Positions 40,714-49,529 of a stretch of DNA of 64,000 nucleotides are shown in pieces; position 1 is the stretch's first letter, and the number at the start of each line of letters is the position of its first letter. Source of the DNA: Gemmatimonadota bacterium (GTDB lineage Bacteria; Gemmatimonadota; Gemmatimonadetes; Gemmatimonadales; GWC2-71-9); NCBI GenBank assembly GCA_016874005.1, contig VGVQ01000021.1, positions 4,005 through 68,004 on the forward strand, in the 5' to 3' direction. Both the position numbers and the translations under genes were made by a program. Under the pieces are notes generated by a model. That model saw nothing but the letters and a program-made list of their open reading frames with translations. It did no database searches and was not told where the DNA came from.

Positions 40714-41520
40714 ATGGCCTCGTTGGACCTCTGGTTGGTCGACGCGTTCACCGAGGTGCCCTTCGAGGGCAACCCGGCGGGGGTGTGTTTCCTCGATGGC
40801 CCGGTCCCGGACCGGTGGATGCAGTCGCTCGCGATGGAGTTGAACCAGGCGGAAACGGCCTTCATCCTGAAAGAGGCCGACGGCCATCGGCTCCGCTGGT
40901 TCACCCCGGTGTCCGAGGTGGACCTCTGCGGCCACGCTACCTTGGCGTCGGCGCACGGCCTCTGGGAAAGTGGCCGACTCCCGGCCGGCCAGCCGGCTCG
41001 GTTCGCGACCCGAAGTGGTCTCTTGACCGCGACCCGGGCCGAAGGCGGCGCAATAGCCCTCGACTTCCCCGTCACCCGGCCGAGCCCCGCGCCGGCGCCA
41101 GCGGGGTTGTTCGAGGCGCTGGGGCTCGTCGAGGGCGCGGTGTTCAGCAACGGCCTCCCGCAACCGGATTACCTCATCGTCACCCAGGACACCACCCGGC
41201 TTCGTCGCTTGGAGCCCAGCTACGGTGGGATTCGCAACCTCCCGGTCCGCGGCGTGATCGTCACCGCACCGGGCGACGAGCCTGGGATCGACTTCGTGTC
41301 GCGCTTCTTCGCCCCGGCCTTCGGGGTCGACGAGGATCCCGTCACCGGATCGGCCCATTGCACCCTGGCGCCCTACTGGGCCAACCGACTCGGTAAATCG
41401 ACGATGGTCGGCTACCAAGCCTCGAAGCGCGGCGGCCGGGTGGGCGTCAGGGTCCGGGGCGACCGAGTCGAACTGACCGGCAGGGCCGTGACGGTTTTCA
41501 AGGGAACGATCCAGCCCTAG
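40714..41520 (+). CDS. PhzF/DAP-epimerase-like family protein
   Basis: VDAF..GNPAGV, ETAF, RWFTP..EVDLCGHATL and EDPVTGSAH motifs. Confidence 0.9.
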   Translation: MASLDLWLVDAFTEVPFEGNPAGVCFLDGPVPDRWMQSLAMELNQAETAFILKEADGHRLRWFTPVSEVDLCGHATLASAHGLWESGRLPAGQPARFATRSGLLTATRAEGGAIALDFPVTRPSPAPAPAGLFEALGLVEGAVFSNGLPQPDYLIVTQDTTRLRRLEPSYGGIRNLPVRGVIVTAPGDEPGIDFVSRFFAPAFGVDEDPVTGSAHCTLAPYWANRLGKSTMVGYQASKRGGRVGVRVRGDRVELTGRAVTVFKGTIQP

Positions 41521-41569
41521 CCGAGGCGCCGGAGTCGGCGCCCGAGCCACCGTGCCGTCGCGCCGGCGC

Positions 41570-42148
41570 CTAGTTGCCTAACGTCAGCATCAAGCGGCGC
41601 TGGACGAGCGGGTTGCCGAGGCCCGCCAGCAGGTAGTCCGGCGCAAACCCAGGCCGATGCACGGCCAACCCCTTGATCACCACGTCGGGCGCGACCGAGA
41701 ACACCAGTTCCTTCTCGAACTGACCGCCCGGGGGCAACGTCTCGGCCACGAAGCCATCGGCCGGCGACCAGCGACGGCCGAGCTGATCGACGATCTCGAA
41801 TCGGAGAAACTGGGGATACTCGTCGATCCGCCGTGCGTCACTTCGAAACCTCACGGTCACCCCGAGGTTAGCACCCCGCTCGATCCTGGTCACCCCGACA
41901 TGGAGGTGGCAATCGAGGCCGCAGAATGACAGCTCTCCCCCGGGCGGAACCAGACGTTCCCTGCCGAGCGGAACCGTCCCGAGCCAGGCGAGCCCGTACA
42001 CCGTGGCCAGGCCCGCGGCGAACCATCCGCCAGCGCGCCGAACCGGCTGGATCCGCCGCCACCGCCCGAAGAGCCAACCGGACAGGCCAAGCCCAATGCC
42101 ACCAAGGGTCGCGAGCAAGGCGAGTTCGCCAATGACTGTGGGGATCAT
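41570..42148 (-). CDS. Hypothetical membrane-anchored protein (2 TM plus beta-rich domain)
   Basis: Start MIPTVIGELALL at 42148 with GGAGG RBS; two hydrophobic segments, FCGLDC motif. Confidence 0.65.
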   Translation of the reverse strand: MIPTVIGELALLATLGGIGLGLSGWLFGRWRRIQPVRRAGGWFAAGLATVYGLAWLGTVPLGRERLVPPGGELSFCGLDCHLHVGVTRIERGANLGVTVRFRSDARRIDEYPQFLRFEIVDQLGRRWSPADGFVAETLPPGGQFEKELVFSVAPDVVIKGLAVHRPGFAPDYLLAGLGNPLVQRRLMLTLGN

Positions 42149-42159
42149 CGTCTCCTCCG

Positions 42160-42894
42160 TTAGGCGTTCTTGATGACGGTCAAGTGGGTCGGGGCGACGC
42201 CGCCAAAGCGACGCTCGCGGGTCCGGAACTCGTGAAGCACCTCCGCGAGATCGCCCGGGCGGAAGTCCGGCCACAACTCGCGCCGGAAAAACAGCTCGGC
42301 GTAGGCGGCCTCCCACAACAGGAAGTCGCTCAACCGCTGGTCCCCGCCAGTTCGAATCAGCACGTCGACTGGCTCCACTGGCCCGCGGCCGTGATCCACC
42401 TCGGCGACCAAGCGCCCGAATCCGTCGAGATCGATGTCGGCGGCGCCCGTTGCCGCCAGGCGAACCGCGGCCCGGCGGATGGCATCCCGGCCCGAGTAGT
42501 CGATCGCGACCCGGAGCCTGAGCCCCCGAGCCCGCTCGGTAACCCGTTCGGCATCCTCGACGGTGGCACGAAGCGGCGCCGGCAATCGGTCCCGGCGGCC
42601 GACGACCTCGAGCGAGACGTCGGCGGCCGCCAGCCGAGCCGATTCGTCGAGCAGATCGCGCCGGAACAGTTGCAGCAGCGCGGACACCTCCGGGAGGGGT
42701 CGCTGCCAATTGTCCGAGGAGAACGCGTAGAGGGTGAGGGTTCCGATACCGAGGCCGCTCGCCACCTCGACGATCCGGCGGACGGTGGTCGCCCCGGCAC
42801 GGTGGCCCGCCGCCCTGGGGAGGCCGCGGCGTTCGGCCCAGCGACCATTGCCGTCCATGATGATCCCGACGTGGAGCCGTGAATTACTTTGCAT
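42160..42894 (-). CDS. uppS: cis-prenyltransferase (undecaprenyl/decaprenyl diphosphate synthase family)
   Basis: IIMDGNGRWA, LYAFSSDNW.R, LIRTGG.QRLSDFLLW and RRFGG motifs. Confidence 0.92.
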   Translation of the reverse strand: MQSNSRLHVGIIMDGNGRWAERRGLPRAAGHRAGATTVRRIVEVASGLGIGTLTLYAFSSDNWQRPLPEVSALLQLFRRDLLDESARLAAADVSLEVVGRRDRLPAPLRATVEDAERVTERARGLRLRVAIDYSGRDAIRRAAVRLAATGAADIDLDGFGRLVAEVDHGRGPVEPVDVLIRTGGDQRLSDFLLWEAAYAELFFRRELWPDFRPGDLAEVLHEFRTRERRFGGVAPTHLTVIKNA

Positions 42895-42902
42895 AACAAA
42901 GT
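42886..42902. promoter_or_regulatory. Palindromic operator overlapping the uppS start codon
   Basis: ACTTTG-CATAA-CAAAGT; near copy at 43942-43958. Confidence 0.6.
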
Positions 42903-42910
42903 TTCCTCAG

Positions 42911-42935
42911 AAAAAAAAGCGGCCTAGGTCACCGC
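42911..42935 (-). terminator. Short hairpin plus U8 between the regulator and uppS
   Basis: Minus strand GCGGT-GACCTAG-GCCGC followed by TTTTTTTT. Confidence 0.45.
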
Positions 42936-43300
42936 CCCCTGGTGGTCCGAATCAGTCCTTCCATGTGGGCCAAGTAGCGCTCCAAGGCGGCCCGACCGAG
43001 GGCGGTGAGCCGGTACTCGGTCTTCGGCATCCGGGCCTCGAACGACTTGTCGCAGCGGAGGTAGCCGGCGTCCTCGAGCTTGCGGGCGTGGACGCTCAGG
43101 TTGCCGTCGGTGGTCCCGAGCAAGCGCTTGAGGTCGACGAAACTCAGGGCGTCGTTGACCGCGAGGGCGCTCACGATCGCGAGTCGGACCCGCTCGTGGA
43201 TGAGTCGGTCGAGATCGAGGGAGCGTTTGGCGGCGGCGACCGCCTGTTTGGGGCCGGCCGGCGCGGTCTCGGCGGCCGCGGCCGCGGCGCGCTTAGCCAC
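42929..43300 (-). CDS. Winged-HTH transcriptional regulator (ArsR/MarR-like, HTH_34 type)
   Basis: LIHERVRLAIVSAL, TDGNLSVHARKLEDAGY and TEYRLTALGR motifs; AGGAGG RBS. Confidence 0.88.
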   Translation of the reverse strand: MAKRAAAAAAETAPAGPKQAVAAAKRSLDLDRLIHERVRLAIVSALAVNDALSFVDLKRLLGTTDGNLSVHARKLEDAGYLRCDKSFEARMPKTEYRLTALGRAALERYLAHMEGLIRTTRGR

Positions 43301-43901
43301 CGTGCCTCCTTGCGATCAGGAGTCCGAAGCCGATGTGGAGCGCTCCGAAGCCCACGGCCATCATCCAGTCGGCGAAGATCGCCGGCAGGAAGAACGCGCC
43401 GGCTCCGACCACCATGAAACAGACGCCCATGACCGGAACCGCCTTGACGGAGAACATCCCGGCGGCCGTGACGGCGGTTCCATAGAGCAGCAGCCAGACG
43501 CCCGGCAGCAGGGCCGTCAGTCCCTGGGTGTAGCAGACCGCCGTCAGCACCGCCCCCGCCAGAATCGGGGGCACGAAGGCGCCCGCGAAGAGCTTCCCGG
43601 CCCTGGCCTTGAGTGGGGTCCCCTGGGCCTCCGACTTGCGGACCATGGTGATGCCACCGATGCCCAGCGCGATGACTGCCTCCCCCAGCCAGACCGCGAG
43701 CCATTCGGCGGCGGTCGCCTGGCGAGCGGCGAGCCACGAAGCGCCGAGCGCCGTCACCCCCATCGCAACCCCGCCCCAGCCGGGCACGGAAGTCACCACC
43801 GCGGCCCGTTCCATGGTGTCGCGGATGAAGGACAGGTCCGCCATGGCCCGGTCGTGGAGCGGGATCGGGTCGGCGGAAGAGCGTGGGGCTGGTCTGGCCA
43901 T
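43293..43901 (-). CDS. Hypothetical six-TM membrane protein
   Basis: DLSFIRDTMERA amphipathic N-terminus followed by about 6 hydrophobic helices; overlaps the regulator start. Confidence 0.75.
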   Translation of the reverse strand: MARPAPRSSADPIPLHDRAMADLSFIRDTMERAAVVTSVPGWGGVAMGVTALGASWLAARQATAAEWLAVWLGEAVIALGIGGITMVRKSEAQGTPLKARAGKLFAGAFVPPILAGAVLTAVCYTQGLTALLPGVWLLLYGTAVTAAGMFSVKAVPVMGVCFMVVGAGAFFLPAIFADWMMAVGFGALHIGFGLLIARRHGG

Positions 43902-43910
43902 GGTTGGACC

Positions 43911-43958
43911 ACGATAGCGAGGACGGCCAATCTTGTCAAGTACTCTATGTTACAAAGT
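43911..43958 (-). promoter_or_regulatory. sigma70 promoter with adjacent operator for the uppS cassette
   Basis: Minus TTGACA (43939-34), 17 nt, TATCGT (43916-11). ACTTTG-TAACA-TAGAGT (43958-43942) lies just upstream of the -35. Confidence 0.65.
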
Positions 43959-43992
43959 GACGATTCCTCCCGCCGGCGGTAGTTTCCCCCCA

Positions 43993-44397
43993 ATGCAACG
44001 CGACCTCGTCCTCCGCTGGCTCGAACAAATGCGGCTCTTGATCGCCCGGATCCTCCGGGGCGACCGAGACGCCGGGACCGAGCTCGCGGAAGCCGAGTTG
44101 GACCAGGCCATGGCCCAGCTTCTGGGCGGGGCCGCCGGTCTGGTCCAGCGGCTCGACGTCCCCTCGGTCGGGATGTTGCTCTCCGACCCCGATCGGATCT
44201 ACGGCTACGCCCAGGCCGTCGCCTTGAAGGCGGCGCTGGTCAGGGCCAGGGGCGGCCGGCCCGAGGAGGCCGAGGCCCTCGCCGACCGTGCCCAGGCCCT
44301 CGCCCGGGAGGCTTACCGCCGGTCGAGCGACCCGCCGCCCGAGTGGAAAGCCTGGATCGAGGCAATGGAGGAGGATCGCCATGTCCTGCCACGGTAG
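43993..44397 (+). CDS. Hypothetical all-alpha protein
   Basis: MQRDLVLRWLEQMRLLIARIL; TAGTTT 7 nt before ATG; overlaps the VHPO start. Confidence 0.6.
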   Translation: MQRDLVLRWLEQMRLLIARILRGDRDAGTELAEAELDQAMAQLLGGAAGLVQRLDVPSVGMLLSDPDRIYGYAQAVALKAALVRARGGRPEEAEALADRAQALAREAYRRSSDPPPEWKAWIEAMEEDRHVLPR

Positions 44398-45826
44398 ACT
44401 GCTGCTGGTCGCCGGTGGGCTGGCGTTAGGCGGATGCGGGCGGCAACTACCTCCGGCCGACCCCCGTTTCGTCGCCGAGCTGATGCAGAACCAATACGGC
44501 TGGATCCGGTCGGAACGGATCTCCCCACCGGTCGCCTCTCGGGTTACCGCTTACGCGGCGCTGGCGGTCTTCGAAGGCCTCGCGACCCAGTCGACCACCT
44601 TGCGTTCTCAGAGCGGGCAGCTCGCCGGTTTCGACCCACCCCCCGCCCCACCCGCTGACCAGCCGGTCGATCGGGTCATCGTGGCCTTGGCTGCCGAGCG
44701 GGTGGTCCTCGACACCCTGTTCCGGGAAGGCCTCCCCCAGACCCAGGCGGCCATCGCGACGGTCCTCGATTCCCTCCGGGCCTCCCGGACCGCCCTCGGC
44801 ATTGCCGAAGAAGTGGTGGCCCGCTCGGAAGCCCATGGGACCGTCCTTGGCGCCGCGATCATCGCCTGGGCGGCCCGGGACGGTTTCGACACCACCCGCG
44901 CCAAGCCCTGGGTACCCCAGAAAGGACGGGCCGTCTGGGTCAACAGTTCCGGGGTCGACGACTACGTCCCGCAGAACCTCTCCGGGGCGCGCGATCTGGT
45001 ATCGTTCGCCAACCCTTCGGCCAGCCTCAAACCGGGTGAGGCGAGCGAGCGGGCCTTGATCGTCAACCGGCCCAAGTCCGACGCGATCGCTACCCTCCGC
45101 GCCATCAACCCCGCCGGCGCCACCGAACCATGGTGGGGGACCCTCCGCCCCTTCATCCTGCGACGGGTGGACGAATGCCCCATTCCGGCGCCGCCGCCGT
45201 ACTCCGAATCGACCGGCTCGGCCTTCCATCAGGAAGGTCGCGCGGTGTTCGAGGCCAGCCGGCAGCTCACCGAGGAGAAGCGACGGATCGTTCTGTATTG
45301 GGCCGACAACCCGGGCCAGACCGGCACCCCCTCGGGGCACTGGCTCGCGATCGGGAGTCAGATGGTGGCGCAGCGCCGCCTCGATGCCGACGCGGCCGCC
45401 GAGTTGTTCCTGGTGGTGAGCCTGGCTCAGGCCGACGCCTTCATCGCGGGGTGGGACGTCAAGTACCGGACCATGGTGGTCCGACCCAACACCTACCTCA
45501 ACCGGGTCTTCGACCGCCGGTGGCGCCCGGAGATCATCACCCCGGCGTTCCCGGAGTATCCCTCCGGGCACTCGGTTCAGTCGGCCGCGGTCGCGACGGT
45601 GATGACTCGCCTGATCGGTGATTCGGTGGCGTTCGACGACAGCACCAACATTTCAATAGGGCACGCCGTCCGCCGTTTCTCGTCGTTCCGCGCCGCGGCG
45701 GACGAAGCGGGGATCTCGCGCCTCTACGGCGGCATTCACTTCCCGATGGCCATTACCAACGGTGCGTCGTTGGGGCAGTGCATCGGGAAGCTCGCACTCG
45801 AGCGGCTCGGCACCCGCCGGCGATGA
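44381..45826 (+). CDS. Vanadium-dependent haloperoxidase/PAP2 superfamily lipoprotein (copy 1)
   Basis: LALGGC lipobox; K-X6-RP (KYRTMVVRP), PEYPSGHS, SRLYGGIHF. Confidence 0.85.
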   Translation: MSCHGRLLLVAGGLALGGCGRQLPPADPRFVAELMQNQYGWIRSERISPPVASRVTAYAALAVFEGLATQSTTLRSQSGQLAGFDPPPAPPADQPVDRVIVALAAERVVLDTLFREGLPQTQAAIATVLDSLRASRTALGIAEEVVARSEAHGTVLGAAIIAWAARDGFDTTRAKPWVPQKGRAVWVNSSGVDDYVPQNLSGARDLVSFANPSASLKPGEASERALIVNRPKSDAIATLRAINPAGATEPWWGTLRPFILRRVDECPIPAPPPYSESTGSAFHQEGRAVFEASRQLTEEKRRIVLYWADNPGQTGTPSGHWLAIGSQMVAQRRLDADAAAELFLVVSLAQADAFIAGWDVKYRTMVVRPNTYLNRVFDRRWRPEIITPAFPEYPSGHSVQSAAVATVMTRLIGDSVAFDDSTNISIGHAVRRFSSFRAAADEAGISRLYGGIHFPMAITNGASLGQCIGKLALERLGTRRR

Positions 45827-45842
45827 GCCGGCCGGCGGCGAG

Positions 45843-48800
45843 CTACTTGGAGACCACCACCTCGCCGGCCCCCGGCGGCACCGGCGTCTCGGTCACCCGG
45901 CCGCCGGGCCACCGGGCCCAGACCTTCGTCGGGGTATCCGCCAGGCCGAACACCATGACCGCCCCGTTCTGAGACCAGTACCCCGACCCCGCCTGGACCT
46001 CCCGCACCGGGCCAAGGCGGTCGCCGTAGCCGACCCGAAGCTGAACCCCGACCCCGTCCGGATTGGACCGGTCACCCTGAACCCGGATCCGTAATCCGAC
46101 CTTCGCCCCGCGGTTGCGGAACAGGCGGGTCGGGGCTCCGTTCTGGGAAACGGCAAGGTCGACCCGGCCATCGCCGTCGAAATCCGCGAAAGCCGCTCCC
46201 CGCTGGTCGCCATAGACCAACAGCCCCGAGCGGACGCCAGCCATCGGGGTCAACGCCCCCGAGCCGTCACCCAGGAGCAGCAGGCCGCGGCCGTCGTCGT
46301 ACCGCGGCGAGCCGATCTCGGTGGGAAAGAAGTTCTGGCTCAAGACGACGTCTTCGTTCCCGTCGCCATCGAAGTCGGCGATCCCCAGGTACGACGCCGG
46401 GGCGAACTGACTCTCCTTGGGTAGCGGTCGAGCCTCGAAACGATCGCCCCGGTTGAGAAAGAGCATGTGGTCGAGCGTGTTCGCCCCCAGCCGGGGACTG
46501 TCCTTGGCGAGCGGCCCGAGCAGGCTGTCGAGGGTCGCGTCGGCGTAGGCACCGAAGCTGCGGACCCGATCGACCACCGACGGAATCGCCACCCGAACCC
46601 GGGCGTAGCTGTTGAGCGGAGCGAGCCCCCCCAATCGCTCATCGTGCCGAGCCAGCAGCATTTCGACGGCGCCCCGGTTCCCGAACGCCCCGAAGACCAT
46701 CACCAACGGGTGGAGGCTGTCGGCATTGAAGGTCGTGTTGCGACCCCAACTCGTCGCGACCAGATCGAGTCGCCCGTCGCCGTCGAGATCGCCGGTCGCC
46801 ACCCCGTTCCAGCGGCTCGACCACCGGTCGAGTCCCAGCGATGCCGGCGCTCGGGTGAACCTCCCTTTGTCGTTCACCCCGACAACGATCGAGCCCCACT
46901 CGCGGGCAAGCACCAGGTCGGCATCGCCGTCGCCGTCGATATCGGCGAACGACGCCGACGATACCATGCCGATCCCCTCGAGCCAGGGAGCCGCGTCGCG
47001 GCTCGGCCGGAATCGGCCTCCCTCGTTGAGGAGCAATTGCGACGAGGGAGACTCGGGGTACCGCGCCGGCACGGCCCGGCCCCCGACGAAGAGATCGAGG
47101 TCGCCGTCGCCGTCGATATCGGCGGCCGCCAGTGGCCCCGGGCTCGAGGAGCTGGCCGGTACCACGGCCTCGGCGCCGGCCGACAGCGATGACCCGGCCG
47201 CAGCGACCGCCACCACCGCCGGGTTGGCCACCATCTCGGCAGAATTTCGGGCCTCCCAGTTCGCCACCCCGGCCAGCACCTGGCTCCGACCATCTGGGCC
47301 TGGCAGGCCGAGCAAGCCGGTCCAGTCGGCCGCGGCGGTGGGGCCGTCGAATCGAGTGAAGGTGCCGCGGTCGTTGCGGAACAACGCCAGCCGACCGCCG
47401 CGCCCGGTGCCGATCAGGAGGTCCTCGTCGCCGTCTCGGTCGATGTCGAACCAGCTGACCCCGGGCCCCAGCTGAGACAGAGCGTTTGGCAGCAGGAACT
47501 GGCGCAGCCAGTCGTCGTACCCGGGTTCGGCGTGACGGTGGCCACCGAGGGCGGGCGTCAGGTCCTCGAGGAGCGGTTCCGGTGCCTTGAAGCCAAGCGA
47601 GTCGGCGGGAATGACGCTCGTCGCCGAGGCCGTGGTGATTTCGTAGAGCCGGTTCGGCGCCGCATCGCGAATCACGGTGCGACGGCCGTCGCGCCAGTCG
47701 ACGACGATGGTAACGGCGGAGGCCGCCCCGGTCGCGAACGTCGTCAGGTAGTCGCTGTGCGACAGATAGCGGCCCCCCACGACCACCTCGCGCTCCTGGG
47801 GATGGGGCGCCCCGCCGATCACCCGAACCTTGGCGCCCACCGCGCGAGTGTTCGGGGCATCGCCCACCAGCCGAACCGCGATCCGGGGCGCGGTGGCGTC
47901 ATTTCTGAGAAACAACGCCGGCGAGCCGAGTCGGTTGAGCACCATGTCGAGGTCGCCGTCGCCGTCGAGATCGGCGGCGGCCATCGCGTGGGTGATGTCC
48001 TCCTCGACCCCGAACCGCCAGCGCTCGCTGACGTCTTCGTAGGTCAGGTCACCCTTGTTCCGGTAGGCGACGTTCTTGAGCGCCAGCCGAGGGAATTCCC
48101 ATCGCTGCCGCTGCCACGCCACGTCGTTGAGCCGGTTCTGGAGCTTCTCCTGGGTGTCGGCGTCCATGACGTCCCAGGTGTGGCCCGTCCCGATCAGGAT
48201 GTCTTGCCAGCCATCGAGGTCGACGTCCATGAACATCGTCGACCACGACCAACCGCTCGCCTCGACCCCGGCGAATTCGGCCACCTCGCCGAAGGTGCCA
48301 TCGCCGCGATTGAGGAAGAGCCGGTTGCGCTGCATCTGAATCCGGGTCTCCAGATCGCCCGGCGTTTTCGGAACCGGCGAGTGGGTCGGCATCTGGGTTT
48401 TGAGCCGGCGGGAGTCGTTGCCGAGCATGTCGACCTCGTAGAGGTCGGGGCGGCCGTCGCCATCGACGTCGCCGACGTCCACCGCCATCCCGGAATTGCT
48501 GGTCTGGCGCTGGGCGCTCCACGGAGCCAATTGGAAGCGTCCAGCCCCGTCATTGATCCAGAATTCGTCCGGGTCCTGAAAATCGTTGGCAACGTAGAGA
48601 TCGGGAGCGCCGTCGCCGTTCAAGTCGCTGAACATCGCGCCGAGACCGAACCACTCCGGTTCTTCGGCCAGCGGCTGGCCTCGTTCGTCTCGGAACCGGT
48701 CGCCCTTGATCGGCACCGGAACGAAACGGCCGCCTTCGTTGAGGTAGAAGTGATCCGGATCGGCCCGTTCCACCAGGGAGACCCCATCGGCCCGGGTCAC

Positions 48801-49529
48801 CGCTCGGAAATCGCGGCGATACTGCGGCCGGACCTCGAACTGGTTGGGCCCGACTTGACGGACGACCTGGTTGAACGCCCTGAGCTGCGGCGCCACGCTG
48901 TCGGTGGCCGTGTACCCCTTGTAGTTGGCGACGTAGAGATCGAGATCGCCGTCGCCATCGACGTCGGCCATGGTGGCCGTGGTGCCTCCGACCGGGGTGT
49001 CGACGAGACCCAGCTCGCGACGCCGTTCGGCGAACACCCCGCGACCGTCATTGAGCAGCACCGTGGTGGGCGACCCGATCGCGAGGAGGATCAGGTCGAG
49101 ATCGCCGTCGCCGTCGATGTCGGCGAGCGCGGCGCCGCTCGAGAACTGGTTCGGCGCCGCGACCCCCGCGGCCGCGGTGATGTCCTCGAATCGCCAGCCG
49201 CCCCGGTTGCGGTAGAGCCGGTTGGGACCCTCGGTCCGGGCCAGAAAGACGTCGACCAGGCCGTCACCGTCGACGTCACCTAACGCCACGCCGGCGCCCT
49301 GGGCCAAGATCCGATTGTGCAGCAGGACCGAATCGCTCACCGTATTCGTGAAGTCGACAGCGAGGTCGTCCTGATTCATCTGGGTGAATCCCGTCGTTCC
49401 GCGGCCCCCGACGGACAGCGCCATCGACCGAAACCCGGCGCCGTCGATCCAGGCTGGGGGGGCCGGTGCCTGGGTACAACCCCACCCCGCGGCGAGCGCC
49501 GTCAGCCACCCGAGCCGTCGGCCGCTCAT
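45843..49529 (-). CDS. FG-GAP/VCBS repeat plus ASPIC-UnbV (CRTAC1-like) lipoprotein (copy A)
   Basis: Start MSGRRLGWLTALAAGWGC; many DxDGDGxxD repeats; two ASPIC/UnbV-type segments (GGRYLSHS, GSGYWSQN). Confidence 0.85.
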   Translation of the reverse strand: MSGRRLGWLTALAAGWGCTQAPAPPAWIDGAGFRSMALSVGGRGTTGFTQMNQDDLAVDFTNTVSDSVLLHNRILAQGAGVALGDVDGDGLVDVFLARTEGPNRLYRNRGGWRFEDITAAAGVAAPNQFSSGAALADIDGDGDLDLILLAIGSPTTVLLNDGRGVFAERRRELGLVDTPVGGTTATMADVDGDGDLDLYVANYKGYTATDSVAPQLRAFNQVVRQVGPNQFEVRPQYRRDFRAVTRADGVSLVERADPDHFYLNEGGRFVPVPIKGDRFRDERGQPLAEEPEWFGLGAMFSDLNGDGAPDLYVANDFQDPDEFWINDGAGRFQLAPWSAQRQTSNSGMAVDVGDVDGDGRPDLYEVDMLGNDSRRLKTQMPTHSPVPKTPGDLETRIQMQRNRLFLNRGDGTFGEVAEFAGVEASGWSWSTMFMDVDLDGWQDILIGTGHTWDVMDADTQEKLQNRLNDVAWQRQRWEFPRLALKNVAYRNKGDLTYEDVSERWRFGVEEDITHAMAAADLDGDGDLDMVLNRLGSPALFLRNDATAPRIAVRLVGDAPNTRAVGAKVRVIGGAPHPQEREVVVGGRYLSHSDYLTTFATGAASAVTIVVDWRDGRRTVIRDAAPNRLYEITTASATSVIPADSLGFKAPEPLLEDLTPALGGHRHAEPGYDDWLRQFLLPNALSQLGPGVSWFDIDRDGDEDLLIGTGRGGRLALFRNDRGTFTRFDGPTAAADWTGLLGLPGPDGRSQVLAGVANWEARNSAEMVANPAVVAVAAAGSSLSAGAEAVVPASSSSPGPLAAADIDGDGDLDLFVGGRAVPARYPESPSSQLLLNEGGRFRPSRDAAPWLEGIGMVSSASFADIDGDGDADLVLAREWGSIVVGVNDKGRFTRAPASLGLDRWSSRWNGVATGDLDGDGRLDLVATSWGRNTTFNADSLHPLVMVFGAFGNRGAVEMLLARHDERLGGLAPLNSYARVRVAIPSVVDRVRSFGAYADATLDSLLGPLAKDSPRLGANTLDHMLFLNRGDRFEARPLPKESQFAPASYLGIADFDGDGNEDVVLSQNFFPTEIGSPRYDDGRGLLLLGDGSGALTPMAGVRSGLLVYGDQRGAAFADFDGDGRVDLAVSQNGAPTRLFRNRGAKVGLRIRVQGDRSNPDGVGVQLRVGYGDRLGPVREVQAGSGYWSQNGAVMVFGLADTPTKVWARWPGGRVTETPVPPGAGEVVVSK

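Noticed and set aside
40714-41520. Phenazine biosynthesis
   Set aside because: A lone PhzF-family gene without phzABDEG; the family is widespread.
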